Source: a virus
Lineage: Duplodnaviria > Caudoviricetes
DNA: 39,664 nucleotides
IMG/VR virus record: IMGVR_UViG_3300032212_000057
Coordinates: 1 to 39,664 of that record
Strand: one strand, 5' to 3'
Positions 9,701 to 18,306 of the stretch are shown piece after piece. The notes below the pieces were generated by a model. The model ran no database searches. It saw only the letters and a list, made by a program, of their open reading frames with translations, and was not told where the DNA came from. The position numbers and the translations under genes were made by a program. Position 1 is the stretch's first letter. Each line of letters opens with the position of its first letter.

Positions 9701-11683
9701 CCCAGAAACCCAACCTTCTTCTGTTTTTTCAATATTGATTTTAGTGGATGAGCGTTTTGTAACTCTTTCGGCTACAACAGGATTTACTTCTTTTTTCTTT
9801 GCTTCCTTCTTTCCATCCCATATATCTATAAGTTGCTTATCAATCTCATACTTTTGTTCTTGTAGCTGTTCAGCCTCTTCATCTGTTAGCTGTTCACGCT
9901 CAAGCCTTTCATTAATTGCCATGCTTTCTTTGCGTAACCCAAGCTCTTTATCTGTCCAATTTTCTGCACCTGTTGGAATATCGCTACCCCATACCTTCTT
10001 TTTAGGTGTCTCAACAGTCTTATTTGCTTGCTGTTCGCTTTGTGACTGTTCAGAACTTAACTGCAATCCAAGCTGCTCAGTTTCTTTAGGTTTAGCCTTA
10101 TTCGCATCATACCCAAACTCAACCGCCCACTTTTTCACACCTACCGCTTTGTTATAATCATCACGGCTAACATCACCATAAGCCACTTCATCAGCCAGCT
10201 TTTTAATGTCGCTTAACCGGGTATTTAATTCTTCGGTGTTTTCATAGCCGTTTACCTGAAGGCTTTCTTGCAGTTTGATTAGTTGAGGTAATTTTGATGG
10301 TGCTGGTTTTTCTTTTTCTTGCTGTGTTACGGGAGCCTCAACCGGTTTAACAGCACTTAAGGTATCTGTTGTCTCGTTGCCTTTGTTTTCTACGCTACCC
10401 TTCTTAAACAGCTCTACGATGTTCGAGGACATAGTGTTATTAGCGTAAGGGCTTTGTTGTTTTGGTTGCTTAATTGAAGCTTGTAATGCTTGAACAATTT
10501 GTTCAGCTGGCGGGATATCTGCTTTTTGGTTACTGCTTGCTTCGGTTTCAGCTTCAGGAACAGCAGTGTTTTTATTGGCAACATGTGCAATACCGGCACC
10601 ACCGGCACCGGTACCCGCACCACCCATCACACCAGGTAACACGCCTTCCGTTAAATCTTTATTTTCATTAAACGATAATTTCTGCGAAAGGTTTTGATTA
10701 AACTCTTGCATACCTTCGGTAGCTGCCTCACTGGTACCGCCTTTAAGCATTGAAGAAAGTACGTTTTTACCGTTAGCACCTATGACTTTATCTAAACCAA
10801 ATTTTTCAAGCCATGTATTAATCGCCATTACTTGAATTTGAGCTTGCGAGAACTCTTCCGGGCTAACTGCTTGGCCTGTTTCTTTTTCAAAATCAGCTAC
10901 GCTGCTGGCCGTTTCCATACCTTCGAGCCACGCAATAAAGGCCGGTGAACCACCTGATTTATATGCCGTATAGAGCGAGGGAGCTGCTTGACCAATAAAA
11001 CCTGCCCATGCTTCGGGATCTGTTATTACACTGCCTAGCTTGCTCATATCTCCGTTAATTGCAGACTTAAAGGCAGCATCAGCCTCTTGGCCTTTTTTGC
11101 TTAAACGCTCAAATGCGGGGAAATTACCGGATTGTGATAATTCATTTTGAGCATTCGATATTTCATCTGCAACAACGTTTGCGCCGGTAATATCAGTGCC
11201 TTCAAAACCGCGCGCAAGGGCCCCAAATGGATTACCTTGCTTAACAAAGTCTTTAATACCTTCAGCAACTGGCAGCGCGTTCATGCCCGTTTCAATGTGC
11301 CGCTGAATGGCTTCTGGTGTACGGAAAATAGACTCTGAAATACCCAACGTTGCTTGACCCGCACCGGCACCCATCGTTTTAATTTTATCAATCAGGGAAA
11401 CATCATCTTCTTGTTTTGGAGGGTTTAATATTTGTGATGATGTTGGCGCAATTGATAAAGAGGTATCCGGTGCATCTGGTAACTTCAATGCGCTTTGCTG
11501 GTTGGCTAAATCAGAAAATACAGGATTTACTAAATTATCAACCGATGCTTCATAACCAATGCTTTTACTAAACTCGCCAAAATCAACATCAGAATAATAT
11601 TTTTTATGAAGCGCACTGGTTAATGCGCCATCGTCCATATCATCATATTCAGGGTTTTCTTTGCGAAAATCAGTTAAGAGCAT
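3746..11683 (-). CDS. Giant polyvalent internal virion/ejection protein (LPD-like, zincin MPTase-like and PLxRFG domains)
   Basis: 2645 aa; EDFGEKLGG, FGFRGVEFG, LAHEWFHALD, LAHEAVGH and YFPLTRFGDY motifs; last of the ejection-protein genes. Confidence 0.8.
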   Translation of the reverse strand: MLLTDFRKENPEYDDMDDGALTSALHKKYYSDVDFGEFSKSIGYEASVDNLVNPVFSDLANQQSALKLPDAPDTSLSIAPTSSQILNPPKQEDDVSLIDKIKTMGAGAGQATLGISESIFRTPEAIQRHIETGMNALPVAEGIKDFVKQGNPFGALARGFEGTDITGANVVADEISNAQNELSQSGNFPAFERLSKKGQEADAAFKSAINGDMSKLGSVITDPEAWAGFIGQAAPSLYTAYKSGGSPAFIAWLEGMETASSVADFEKETGQAVSPEEFSQAQIQVMAINTWLEKFGLDKVIGANGKNVLSSMLKGGTSEAATEGMQEFNQNLSQKLSFNENKDLTEGVLPGVMGGAGTGAGGAGIAHVANKNTAVPEAETEASSNQKADIPPAEQIVQALQASIKQPKQQSPYANNTMSSNIVELFKKGSVENKGNETTDTLSAVKPVEAPVTQQEKEKPAPSKLPQLIKLQESLQVNGYENTEELNTRLSDIKKLADEVAYGDVSRDDYNKAVGVKKWAVEFGYDANKAKPKETEQLGLQLSSEQSQSEQQANKTVETPKKKVWGSDIPTGAENWTDKELGLRKESMAINERLEREQLTDEEAEQLQEQKYEIDKQLIDIWDGKKEAKKKEVNPVVAERVTKRSSTKINIEKTEEGWVSGIDSDMVNIGNTKTFPHKNKESAIINSLENVIATSNITIKNDSRVTVQNEATNIKKWAENELKKYQPTTSRILLDERDEGENSHPINKEANKAIRWVNSLSDNDYLELENKFGKPVAGLNIPFPKGINLTSDPQSLHEKWASHLDKNKTDNKNVQPEENEQKKQVLENEESNSENESEDVSVQQAGESESENKSDSEYRQDSETSKSRLEDFGEKLGGSRDDKAKLLKDTVAKEFSDDEIASLPLSKVWPKKSVDEIENVSLAAFVTVARNEIPSKPRVSYKVKRWVNTVKAYRMLVSGVINQIEEGKTTFDDMLERMQDKHPALINIAAKIKLLSKIDRDQWNRIKSASEYPDSYRYSEERNDNGDYDKIPSPHISVTIDGRYNRFDGKKSIDEAVEDVKAILDGVDGSAKSKMKFEIRGRAGKYKINKKGDSEYRTLKSFDDLAKAREYISDNHSDLLQAWEDVKARDNVSKKETRKAVNAPRTGKDHRKGKNADKEMFEKAFGFRGVEFGKWVKQGQGKGDRVDFLNSVYDAFMDLSDILGVPSKALSLNGSLGLGLGSRGSGNASAHFEPSNIVINMTKTKGAGSLAHEWFHALDNYFQRSRESGMGKTRETAYITYAPEPMWQKNGSSLTQAELERRKEQYPESGWFKSGWVKSENKGVRPVVEEAFAELVDNLNQSPMMARSLTMDKGKEGYWSRIIERAARSFENYVIGEMSLRGFDNDYLSNVKEFEDWGSKNPNRYPYLKPEELTPIKESFDSLFNIIETKETEKGVALYSKEKDIPTGLSTSEIEKIIAPVILKWGDKAPKVEVVQSIKDIPEHIVDVNEYGVEHVSAVHYGPEEQIYLVADKLKDKDFVLSRLAHEAVGHHSFEEMMGDDLDQVLERVQWLKKSGDKKLTDISKEVYERYGKLDKVTEAKEIVALVAERGVKSPLLTKVVAAIRKFLRKLGISLKWTATELEALVVAAAKNLETNRTNKEKTERKNNAKQFSQEDNNRYFSREPDEILDDIDEEASNVPTFEDVKDKIKNANTKTRPQWLKLLTRRHLADIGQDVLPTIKTYVLTAEKMDAFRNELVAESSGVAKSWAKWAFEKGNRQAADAMVDTMHAATIAGVDPAEPYNSIIDFAEAKEEIAKAHRAARSMSGEANKYINKANEVRDKIAFEKNRAKAYPALKRQYDKLPKEAKNIYKEVRDHYVERFNQTEQALLDKIDRAELSAKEKSQYKAEMRARFESVRIEGPYFPLTRFGDYWAKVLIPGEWQKKYSVKNKGFTAKDSQHGEWAVTYKEGIAAIETFDSKEEAIKSAADKSMDYEFYMFEKIGQRNNLVKKKERQGFKVKTGYKIEKGAREDVVSEGFIADILSVVDKTISGSMADKAKDEIYQLFLTTLPDMSVRKSFIHRQKTEGFTHDALRAFSHHNFHGAYQLSKLKFADVLQTQIENMEEQARDMSGEKADKAAQILNETKKRHDWAMNPMGAPWANNVTQFNFVWYLGLTPAAAMVNMSQTAIVAYPAMGAKFGFGKAGKELLSASREFMGNRIKLKDGLFSIEGALKGDELKAYQHLVDTGIIDKTLAHDLAAMSETPSAIYSPLKDKTMGVISYAFHHAERFNREVTGIATYRLARKKGMSHDAAAQAAYDMIDNTHFNYSNANKATFMQNDIAKVAFIFKQYSLNMIYKLARLTYQSVKDENSEVKKEARKQLGGILFMAYLFVGYDGMPWLPFGLIDLILEAIWDDEDEPYDIEAERRNFLAEHLGSTWSDVITKGPAEAWSGLGVSDRLSLGDLWLRPPSRDLEMKQEYQYWITQMLGPTFSIGDNWARGISMMQQGHVQRGIETMMPKALKDDMKAIRYADEGVNNFKGDPIIDDVTAFEVFQQAMGFSLGRANKQYDAKSAIKNTESRLNNRRKLLMNQLAIAINNGDTTWHEEIMQNIGKFNRKNPGNAITVNSIKRSLKMRARTSAMTKNGVYLRKNMQHLRDKGRFADE

Positions 11684-11853
11684 AAAACAACTGCTCCCAC
11701 TAAGAATATTTCCCCAATAACACCAAATATAAATACATATTTAGTTGCGCGAATTATTTCTTCTTCGTGCTTTACAGCTTCTTCTTTTGTATCAAAGCAT
11801 GCGATACCACCAAAACCTACTACAATGCAGTATTTACCATGAATAGGAGTCAT
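11674..11853 (-). CDS. Small 59-aa membrane protein
   Basis: Hand-translated (below ORF-track cutoff); TAATG coupling to the upstream stop; hydrophobic C-terminus. Confidence 0.5.
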   Translation of the reverse strand: MTPIHGKYCIVVGFGGIACFDTKEEAVKHEEEIIRATKYVFIFGVIGEIFLVGAVVLCS

Positions 11854-12839
11854 TAACGCAACCTCAATGGATCGTTGTTCTTTGAGCCGGTTACGCCTTG
11901 ATTTCGTTTTAAAAAATCAATCGCTTTTAATGTATTCATTTCAGCCTGTTGATCAATCTCTTCATCTGACATACCGGGATTAAACATTTTTAAAGTTTCA
12001 CGTGTTTTAGAATATTCATCCAGCATAATATCGCTGAGTGATTTGTTCTTTTTGCTTCGCGCCATTTCAACCGCTTTATTTTGCGGGTAATTAAGCGACA
12101 TATAAAACTTAACCAGTTTGGCCTCAGCGGGTAATTGGCCACCGTTTACATTACTGCGAGCCAATACCGCATCTACTTTTGCTTTTGCGTCGATATTCGC
12201 CTTGTTAATAAATGAGGTATTATCAACATCTTCAGCATTGCCATAAGGTTTAAATCCTATGCCGCTGCTTGTAACATCATAAGTTGGCTTGCCTTCTGTC
12301 GCACCGTATGCCGGCGCCACTTTATCTGGGCTTAAACTGCCTTCAATCATTTGGTCTTGCCGACCAAGGGCTGCACTTGAGAGCAGCGCATTCATAATTT
12401 GTTCGGCATTCGATTTGCCGGTACCCATTTTGTTGGCACCGCTGGCCATGCGAGCGCGACCGTAGCGCGTTTTAACTTCTGGCGTGTACCATTCTGGCTG
12501 AGGAATATCCATCATTGACATATTTCCTTCAGCTGTTGGTGGACCCGCATCTTGCTCCTGAAAACCGCCTGACTTCATTAAATTATTTAAAATATCAAGC
12601 TGTGGTTGAGATAATCCTGTCGCCCCTTGCATGAACTCATTTTGCCCGGATTCCATGTTATTAAAGCGCTGATTATTTAAGTTAGTTTCTGAACGATATT
12701 TATCAGCCTGCGCCGCTTTTGCTGCGAATGACATTTTTTCCGCCAACGTATCAGCAAAGCTTTTATTTTCAATAGCGCCACCGCCAAACAATGACCTAGC
12801 GAACCTACCTGTACCTGAACCAATGCTGGTTTTTTGCAT
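11853..12839 (-). CDS. Internal virion / DNA ejection protein
   Basis: 328 aa, A/G/Q/M-rich, lies in the ejection cluster. Confidence 0.6.
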   Translation of the reverse strand: MQKTSIGSGTGRFARSLFGGGAIENKSFADTLAEKMSFAAKAAQADKYRSETNLNNQRFNNMESGQNEFMQGATGLSQPQLDILNNLMKSGGFQEQDAGPPTAEGNMSMMDIPQPEWYTPEVKTRYGRARMASGANKMGTGKSNAEQIMNALLSSAALGRQDQMIEGSLSPDKVAPAYGATEGKPTYDVTSSGIGFKPYGNAEDVDNTSFINKANIDAKAKVDAVLARSNVNGGQLPAEAKLVKFYMSLNYPQNKAVEMARSKKNKSLSDIMLDEYSKTRETLKMFNPGMSDEEIDQQAEMNTLKAIDFLKRNQGVTGSKNNDPLRLR

Positions 12840-12851
12840 TATATCTTCCTC

Positions 12852-13520
12852 TTATGCGATTGCGCCGCCATAGGACGATGAACTTATTGCTGTACTTCCT
12901 CCTGCGGAATTTCCTGCTGCACTTCCTGCTGTGGAGCCAGCACCCAAGCCATACGCTAAGCTTAGGCCGCGCAACAACCCAACCACCATTTGTCGTTTAG
13001 GATTAATTTTACCCGCTTGCTCAATGTCGTATGCACTGGCCCTTGCCATATCGCCGCGATGCTGGGCCTCTGTTCCCATAATGGTTGATGTTTCTGCATT
13101 TGCCATTTGTTCATCATTTTGCATTGTCGTTGGTGCGCGCACTTTAGAAATCATTTTAGCCAGATCCGCACCGGCTTTAGTGCGGTTTAATGCATCTTCT
13201 GCTTTTGCATTTTCATACGTGCTACTGACTTTGCCTTGCGCGGCAATTTCATTTTCATTTTGATTATCGCGCGCATTAATTAATGATTGTGTAATAGATT
13301 CCTCAGCTTTCGCCTGGTTAGCGTCGAGACTTTTTAAACGTGTTTCAGGGACATATTGCTCAAGATTTTTATCGTTGGCCGCAATCATTTTTTGATTCGA
13401 TCTATCGTTACGGTCTTCTGATAAATTAACTTGTTCTTGCATACGTTTATTTGCGGCTTTTTGATTTTCGTAGTCTTCTCTTGCAGCTGCGGCAGCAAGC
13501 CATAACGCTGGATTACACAT
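12852..13520 (-). CDS. Internal virion / DNA ejection protein
   Basis: MC start, Ala-rich coiled coil, Gly/Ala/Ser tail; podoviral core-protein pattern. Confidence 0.6.
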   Translation of the reverse strand: MCNPALWLAAAAAREDYENQKAANKRMQEQVNLSEDRNDRSNQKMIAANDKNLEQYVPETRLKSLDANQAKAEESITQSLINARDNQNENEIAAQGKVSSTYENAKAEDALNRTKAGADLAKMISKVRAPTTMQNDEQMANAETSTIMGTEAQHRGDMARASAYDIEQAGKINPKRQMVVGLLRGLSLAYGLGAGSTAGSAAGNSAGGSTAISSSSYGGAIA

Positions 13521-14311
13521 TAGCTATTTCTCCCTGAATAACTTTTAGATGAAGGATAATATGTACCGTAATACTCACTTGCTTGTCGTTCGCCTTTTTG
13601 TCTTGCTGTTGAGTTATTAATTACCGCGAAATCACCAAACATGTTGTCTAACGACTGCGCAAGCGCACCTGTTTTTGCCGCGCGTAAATTATCTTTCATT
13701 GATTGTTGTGCAGAAGTAATTGCAGCATCACCCGACATGCCTTGCAAAATGCGTTGCACCATAGCCAAGCGAGTTTGGTTGTCAGAGGCTCGAAATTTAT
13801 TTTCTGCATCACTAGCGCGATTGTTAATATTAACCACCCCTTTATCAAAGGTTTTATTCATTCTGTCTTGTATGTCAAGCTCTGAAGAACCACCCCGTAC
13901 ACCTCGACGTGCAACATTAAAACGACTATTTCGCTTTGCGTTATCAAATTGCTCATCTAAATCATTCGTTAAATATTCACTAACATCGGTGCCTACGCTT
14001 TTATACATTTCATTAAGCGCAGCTTTATTTTTTTCTGCTTCTATGGCGTTATTCTTAATATCTTCAGCTACATCCTGATCATATCGTTCTTGATTAAATG
14101 GTGACGCGACTTTTCCATAAGGATTATTCGCATCTCTAAGAAGATATTTTTCATCACTTTTGTCTGGTAAATTAATTGGTTCATCACCAGGGTCAACACC
14201 AAACAATAAGTTAATCCGTCCAATTGCAGCATCTTGTTTTTTTTGACGCTTAGCTTCGCGATCTGCAGCTCCACCATCACCACTACCGCGACTACCGCCA
14301 AGACCGCACAT
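13520..14311 (-). CDS. Internal virion / DNA ejection protein
   Basis: MCG.GG start, helical, follows the GNAT-like gene. Confidence 0.6.
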   Translation of the reverse strand: MCGLGGSRGSGDGGAADREAKRQKKQDAAIGRINLLFGVDPGDEPINLPDKSDEKYLLRDANNPYGKVASPFNQERYDQDVAEDIKNNAIEAEKNKAALNEMYKSVGTDVSEYLTNDLDEQFDNAKRNSRFNVARRGVRGGSSELDIQDRMNKTFDKGVVNINNRASDAENKFRASDNQTRLAMVQRILQGMSGDAAITSAQQSMKDNLRAAKTGALAQSLDNMFGDFAVINNSTARQKGERQASEYYGTYYPSSKSYSGRNS

Positions 14312-14313
14312 AA

Positions 14314-14781
14314 TTAATCCTCATACCTTAAAACTTCAAATAAAATAAAATCTTCACCGTTTTTTCCCCATTTCGACAACGAACTTCCCGGGTTCATACC
14401 AACTATTTTTAACCAACGATGTGATTCTGCATGAAACTTAGCTGAAAACGCCTGAATGCGGTGAACATCACCGCTACTCAAGATAGATTGAATTGAGTTT
14501 TTACAAAAACGGCTAACTTCAAGAGCAACGGTTAACCACCTGTCTGTACCTACCATCCACGCCGTACCTACACCAGGAGAGTTGATTGATACACCACCAA
14601 TAACAACAGGCTCACCCTTTTTATTAATAGCAACCCACTTCACCCCTTTTGACAGGTAGCAATCTAACGCAAATCGCTCTATATCATCTTCCCACTGTGT
14701 CGCCATGACTTCACGGCGATCACTTTCACGCATATTACGCGCTACACCTAACGCGTGCTCAAGAGTCAAATTTGCAATCAA
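14314..14781 (-). CDS. GNAT-fold protein (T7 gp13-like virion assembly acetyltransferase)
   Basis: NMRESDRREV, AWMVGTD and SHRWLKIVG motifs; position between nozzle and core genes. Confidence 0.7.
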   Translation of the reverse strand: MIANLTLEHALGVARNMRESDRREVMATQWEDDIERFALDCYLSKGVKWVAINKKGEPVVIGGVSINSPGVGTAWMVGTDRWLTVALEVSRFCKNSIQSILSSGDVHRIQAFSAKFHAESHRWLKIVGMNPGSSLSKWGKNGEDFILFEVLRYED

Positions 14782-15329
14782 ACTATTCTGCCCTCTTTAC
14801 GTAACTGTTTAATTAAGTCTGTAAGTTGAGCAGTAGCCGAAACTGTACTTATTGCAACATCAAGCCGCGTTAAATTATCTAATAAAGTCGCTCGACCAGA
14901 AGACAACCGGGTTAGCAATTCTGTAATGTCAGTTGGTAAGTTTGCTGCTGCTAACTCATCCAGGTACCCAGCACGCACCGAAGTTAATCTTGCAAGCAAT
15001 GTATCAATATCAGCTTTTAAATCCTGCAATAAACCATAGCGTGCTTTTAAGGTAATATTGCCGCTGGTATATGCGGTCACGTTGCCGCGTATATGGGTGT
15101 AAACACCACCATCATTATAACTACCACCACCATCAGTAAATGTCGCTAAAACAATCCAACTTACACCATCATCAATAGAGCCTTCGATATTTACAACGCC
15201 AACGAAGGTACCGCTAACAACGAATGTGTGCGCACCACCGTGATACCCGGGCAACACGGATAAATCAAAGGCTGTACCGGTTCCTGTTGCTGCAACGGCA
15301 TTTAGTAGTGTTTGAATGTCTGAACTCAC
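14778..15329 (-). CDS. Structural protein: beta-sandwich plus RLT..RA..LD repeats
   Basis: VNIEGSIDDGVSW motif; two TLLARLTSVRAGYLD / ELLTRLSSGRATLLD repeats. Confidence 0.55.
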   Translation of the reverse strand: MSSDIQTLLNAVAATGTGTAFDLSVLPGYHGGAHTFVVSGTFVGVVNIEGSIDDGVSWIVLATFTDGGGSYNDGGVYTHIRGNVTAYTSGNITLKARYGLLQDLKADIDTLLARLTSVRAGYLDELAAANLPTDITELLTRLSSGRATLLDNLTRLDVAISTVSATAQLTDLIKQLRKEGRIV

Positions 15330-16711
15330 ATTACACCTAAAATATCATAATAAAATGTGAGCGAATCTAATTGGCAAACACCGTTAGCGCTGGAGGCCGT
15401 AATAACAGGCGCAACTTGTGTTGCCGTTATACCTATTGGTGTCATTGCATTAACTTGCGTGTCGCCGGTAAGCGGGATTTTTTCAGTGATTAATGAGGCA
15501 TCATTTGGATCCCATCGAAACTGGATATCCATTGAACCCTCAACAATCGCATCCATACCCACAATTTGTTTTAGAACACCGGGTTTTTTAAAGTCTAAGA
15601 ATGGCAACTCAATGGTAACTTCAAAATCAGTACCGTAATCATTCGTCGCATTAGGATCGAGCGAATATACCTCATCGCCAACACGGATGTACAACGTACC
15701 ATTCAATTCTGCAATAGCATCAAACCCAACAGGTAACTGATATTCAGACCACGCACTTAAACGCATAGATCGTGAAAAAGTATAAACAAATACACTGGCA
15801 CCAATAGTGCACCAGTATTGCCCCCCGCCTGAATAATAAAGCGATAACGGTTCTATTGAGCCATTAACTAACGGCTGAACTTCTTTATCTATCGGGCTAC
15901 CTACATCCATATCAGTAAGATTGCCATTCTTAGCAACAGTGATTGAACGAAAACCGAAGTCACTTAAAAAATAATTATCATCAGACACCTGCCCGACACT
16001 ACCGCCAAAATTCGTACCTACCCCGTGAATGGGTTTTTTAAATACATGTAAAGCAGGGTCTGGATCTGGTACCCATATTTGCGAATTATTAGGGAAGAAT
16101 ACGACCAAATCTCTATCACGCTGCCCAAGCGCTTTAGCGTTATCACCCCCGGCTTGTTGTAACCCGATAGGCAAAAAACCCGCATCATCTGCTAGCGACC
16201 AGTTACGCGGTAAGCCTGTTGCGCTAAAAGGCGCAGTGTCACCATTTAGCGCCCATATTTTTGAAGACATTTTTATCCAGCTTGCAGAATGTGGACAATT
16301 TGCATCTGCAATATGCGTGGGCGAACCACCATCTAAATAATGGTGCCAAATAGAGCCATCCGCATATTCAATCGAGGCATATATGTAGCCATCAAACTGA
16401 TCAGCATGATGAACTTTTTTTACCAGCTGACTAACGCTTGGATGTGCCACTTTATTTGCAAGAAACAAACTATTTGCATGCGTAATGGTACCGGACTCAT
16501 AAAATGTATTTAACTTGCCGTTTGCAGCGACCAATCCTTTTGTACCGGTCTCTAATGTTGCAACAGACGTTAAGCCAGGTCGCATACGAATAGCTCTGCC
16601 GGTTGTTATATAGGCATTAATGAGTTGTCGTAACCTGTTAGCATCTGAAACTGACGCGCCTTTTCTTAAATCAAAACCACCATCAAAACGATCATAAGTA
16701 ATCGATGGCAT
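15326..16711 (-). CDS. Tail nozzle / packaged-DNA stabilisation protein (P22 gp10 / T7 gp12-like)
   Basis: 461 aa, FDGG start, MRPG, AWS motif, beta-rich; follows the adaptor. Confidence 0.75.
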   Translation of the reverse strand: MPSITYDRFDGGFDLRKGASVSDANRLRQLINAYITTGRAIRMRPGLTSVATLETGTKGLVAANGKLNTFYESGTITHANSLFLANKVAHPSVSQLVKKVHHADQFDGYIYASIEYADGSIWHHYLDGGSPTHIADANCPHSASWIKMSSKIWALNGDTAPFSATGLPRNWSLADDAGFLPIGLQQAGGDNAKALGQRDRDLVVFFPNNSQIWVPDPDPALHVFKKPIHGVGTNFGGSVGQVSDDNYFLSDFGFRSITVAKNGNLTDMDVGSPIDKEVQPLVNGSIEPLSLYYSGGGQYWCTIGASVFVYTFSRSMRLSAWSEYQLPVGFDAIAELNGTLYIRVGDEVYSLDPNATNDYGTDFEVTIELPFLDFKKPGVLKQIVGMDAIVEGSMDIQFRWDPNDASLITEKIPLTGDTQVNAMTPIGITATQVAPVITASSANGVCQLDSLTFYYDILGVM

Positions 16712-17370
16712 TAACCAACCACCACCGGTCTTGGCATAATTTCAACCTTATTACGCTTAGCCATAAAATAACGTTTATCGCCATGTGCTTTGCCTTTTAA
16801 TTTTTTAAGCATAACACTGACATCATCGATGTATGATTGTGCATCAGCATGTTTGTAATGGGCTTTTGCTTTTGCTAACGCGTAATTAAACAATAAACCA
16901 TCATCAATTGTGCATTTATCATTATCTTGAGTGAACCGACCTAAACGCTCATAGTAGTCACAACGTAATATGTAAGTTTGGTCGGGCTCTGGATACACTT
17001 CTAATTGCGCAGCACGATCATATTTTGACGGATAGGTACGTGAATCCTCAGTAGCATCATTAAAATAGTCAATACCTTCGCTTAATGGAAACCATTGACT
17101 ATTTTGCTTAACGCGTAAAATAGTAGCCTGACGCGGATCCATATCATCGGGCCAGTCATATAATGTTTGACCAGCATTTAATGTCCAATCATATTTTTTC
17201 TTGAGTTCATTAAAATCATACATCCAATACAAAAACTCTTGTGAACGCTGAAGATAAGAATCAACCGCTGTCACCATGTTACCTGCGGCAGCACCCTGGG
17301 CTGCAAACCCGAGGCGGCCTAATAGCTCGGCACGTAAAGTACCGAGCGTTTTTTTAACAGGTAAAGCCAT
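16711..17370 (-). CDS. Head-tail adaptor (tail tubular protein A-like)
   Basis: 219 aa; GQTLYDWPDD and VYPEPDQTY motifs; gene order. Confidence 0.7.
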   Translation of the reverse strand: MALPVKKTLGTLRAELLGRLGFAAQGAAAGNMVTAVDSYLQRSQEFLYWMYDFNELKKKYDWTLNAGQTLYDWPDDMDPRQATILRVKQNSQWFPLSEGIDYFNDATEDSRTYPSKYDRAAQLEVYPEPDQTYILRCDYYERLGRFTQDNDKCTIDDGLLFNYALAKAKAHYKHADAQSYIDDVSVMLKKLKGKAHGDKRYFMAKRNKVEIMPRPVVVG

Positions 17371-18212
17371 TACTCATTACTGCCCGACATAATTGAATTT
17401 TCATGGTCCTGCACTTTCGACCACAACACTTCAACAGCTTCGTCTTCTTCAAAAGACAGTTCGTACTCTTCGAGAAGGCTTTTTAGCTCTTCAGCCAACA
17501 ATGAAAGCAATGTTGGTTTATCATCATTGACTTTATAGCCAACATCTAATAAATCAAGCTTTTCTTTAATTTCATCCTTGTTGATATTACCGTTACCATC
17601 TTTATCAACATTTTTTTTGTTACCGCCCAATACATTTTTAACCGCGCTTTTAACTGAACCGCTCACAGTTGTTGATAGAACCGCTTTGGCAACAGCTATT
17701 AATGTTTTAATGTCTGCATTAGAATCAAATGGCACATCACGCTCACTCAACTGCTCACAAAGCACCTGACGAAGCTGCGCTTCAACTTTTGCGGGACGCT
17801 CGCTATCAACTTCAATATCGAGTTCTTCTAACATATCCAGCATTTCTTCAACGCCTTCATTGTTAATTTCACCTTCCATATCAGTAATAAACTCGTCCAG
17901 ATCAAAAGTAGCCATACGCTTGCGATCATTCTGGAATACGAAGACCACTGTTTCCATATTATGCGTTGGATGCATACCATACTTAGAAACTAAACGACCC
18001 CATTCTTCATCGCGGTCAAGTTCAACTTCTTTTCCTATGCGGCTGTAATCCAGGATATCTTTTGGTACATCTTTAATTACATGTACCGAACCCTCGCCAT
18101 GTGTTGCTACCAAACAGGGAATTTCATGCGCCAACACGGTTGTGGCGATACGTTCATTTTCACCACGTTGTACTTCAACATGCACATACGTGCTTATCAT
18201 TTTACGAGCCAT
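17370..18212 (-). CDS. Acidic hypothetical protein with HeH/LEM-like repeats and an EF-hand-like loop
   Basis: 280 aa downstream of capsid; DKDGNGNINKDE loop; repeated L...(D/E)(V/I/L).(F/Y)...L elements. Confidence 0.6.
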   Translation of the reverse strand: MARKMISTYVHVEVQRGENERIATTVLAHEIPCLVATHGEGSVHVIKDVPKDILDYSRIGKEVELDRDEEWGRLVSKYGMHPTHNMETVVFVFQNDRKRMATFDLDEFITDMEGEINNEGVEEMLDMLEELDIEVDSERPAKVEAQLRQVLCEQLSERDVPFDSNADIKTLIAVAKAVLSTTVSGSVKSAVKNVLGGNKKNVDKDGNGNINKDEIKEKLDLLDVGYKVNDDKPTLLSLLAEELKSLLEEYELSFEEDEAVEVLWSKVQDHENSIMSGSNE

Positions 18213-18306
18213 AATTTTTACCTTCTTAAATAGTTAGGGGAATATTGTCCCCGCGTGAGTGCCGCGCCTACCCCCACGGGGAAAGGTAGGAACGTCCCCA
18301 AGCGGA

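Noticed and set aside
18267-18290. GC-rich hairpin after the capsid stop as a terminator or frameshift signal
   Set aside because: No U-tract and no slippery site recognised at the capsid end; insufficient support
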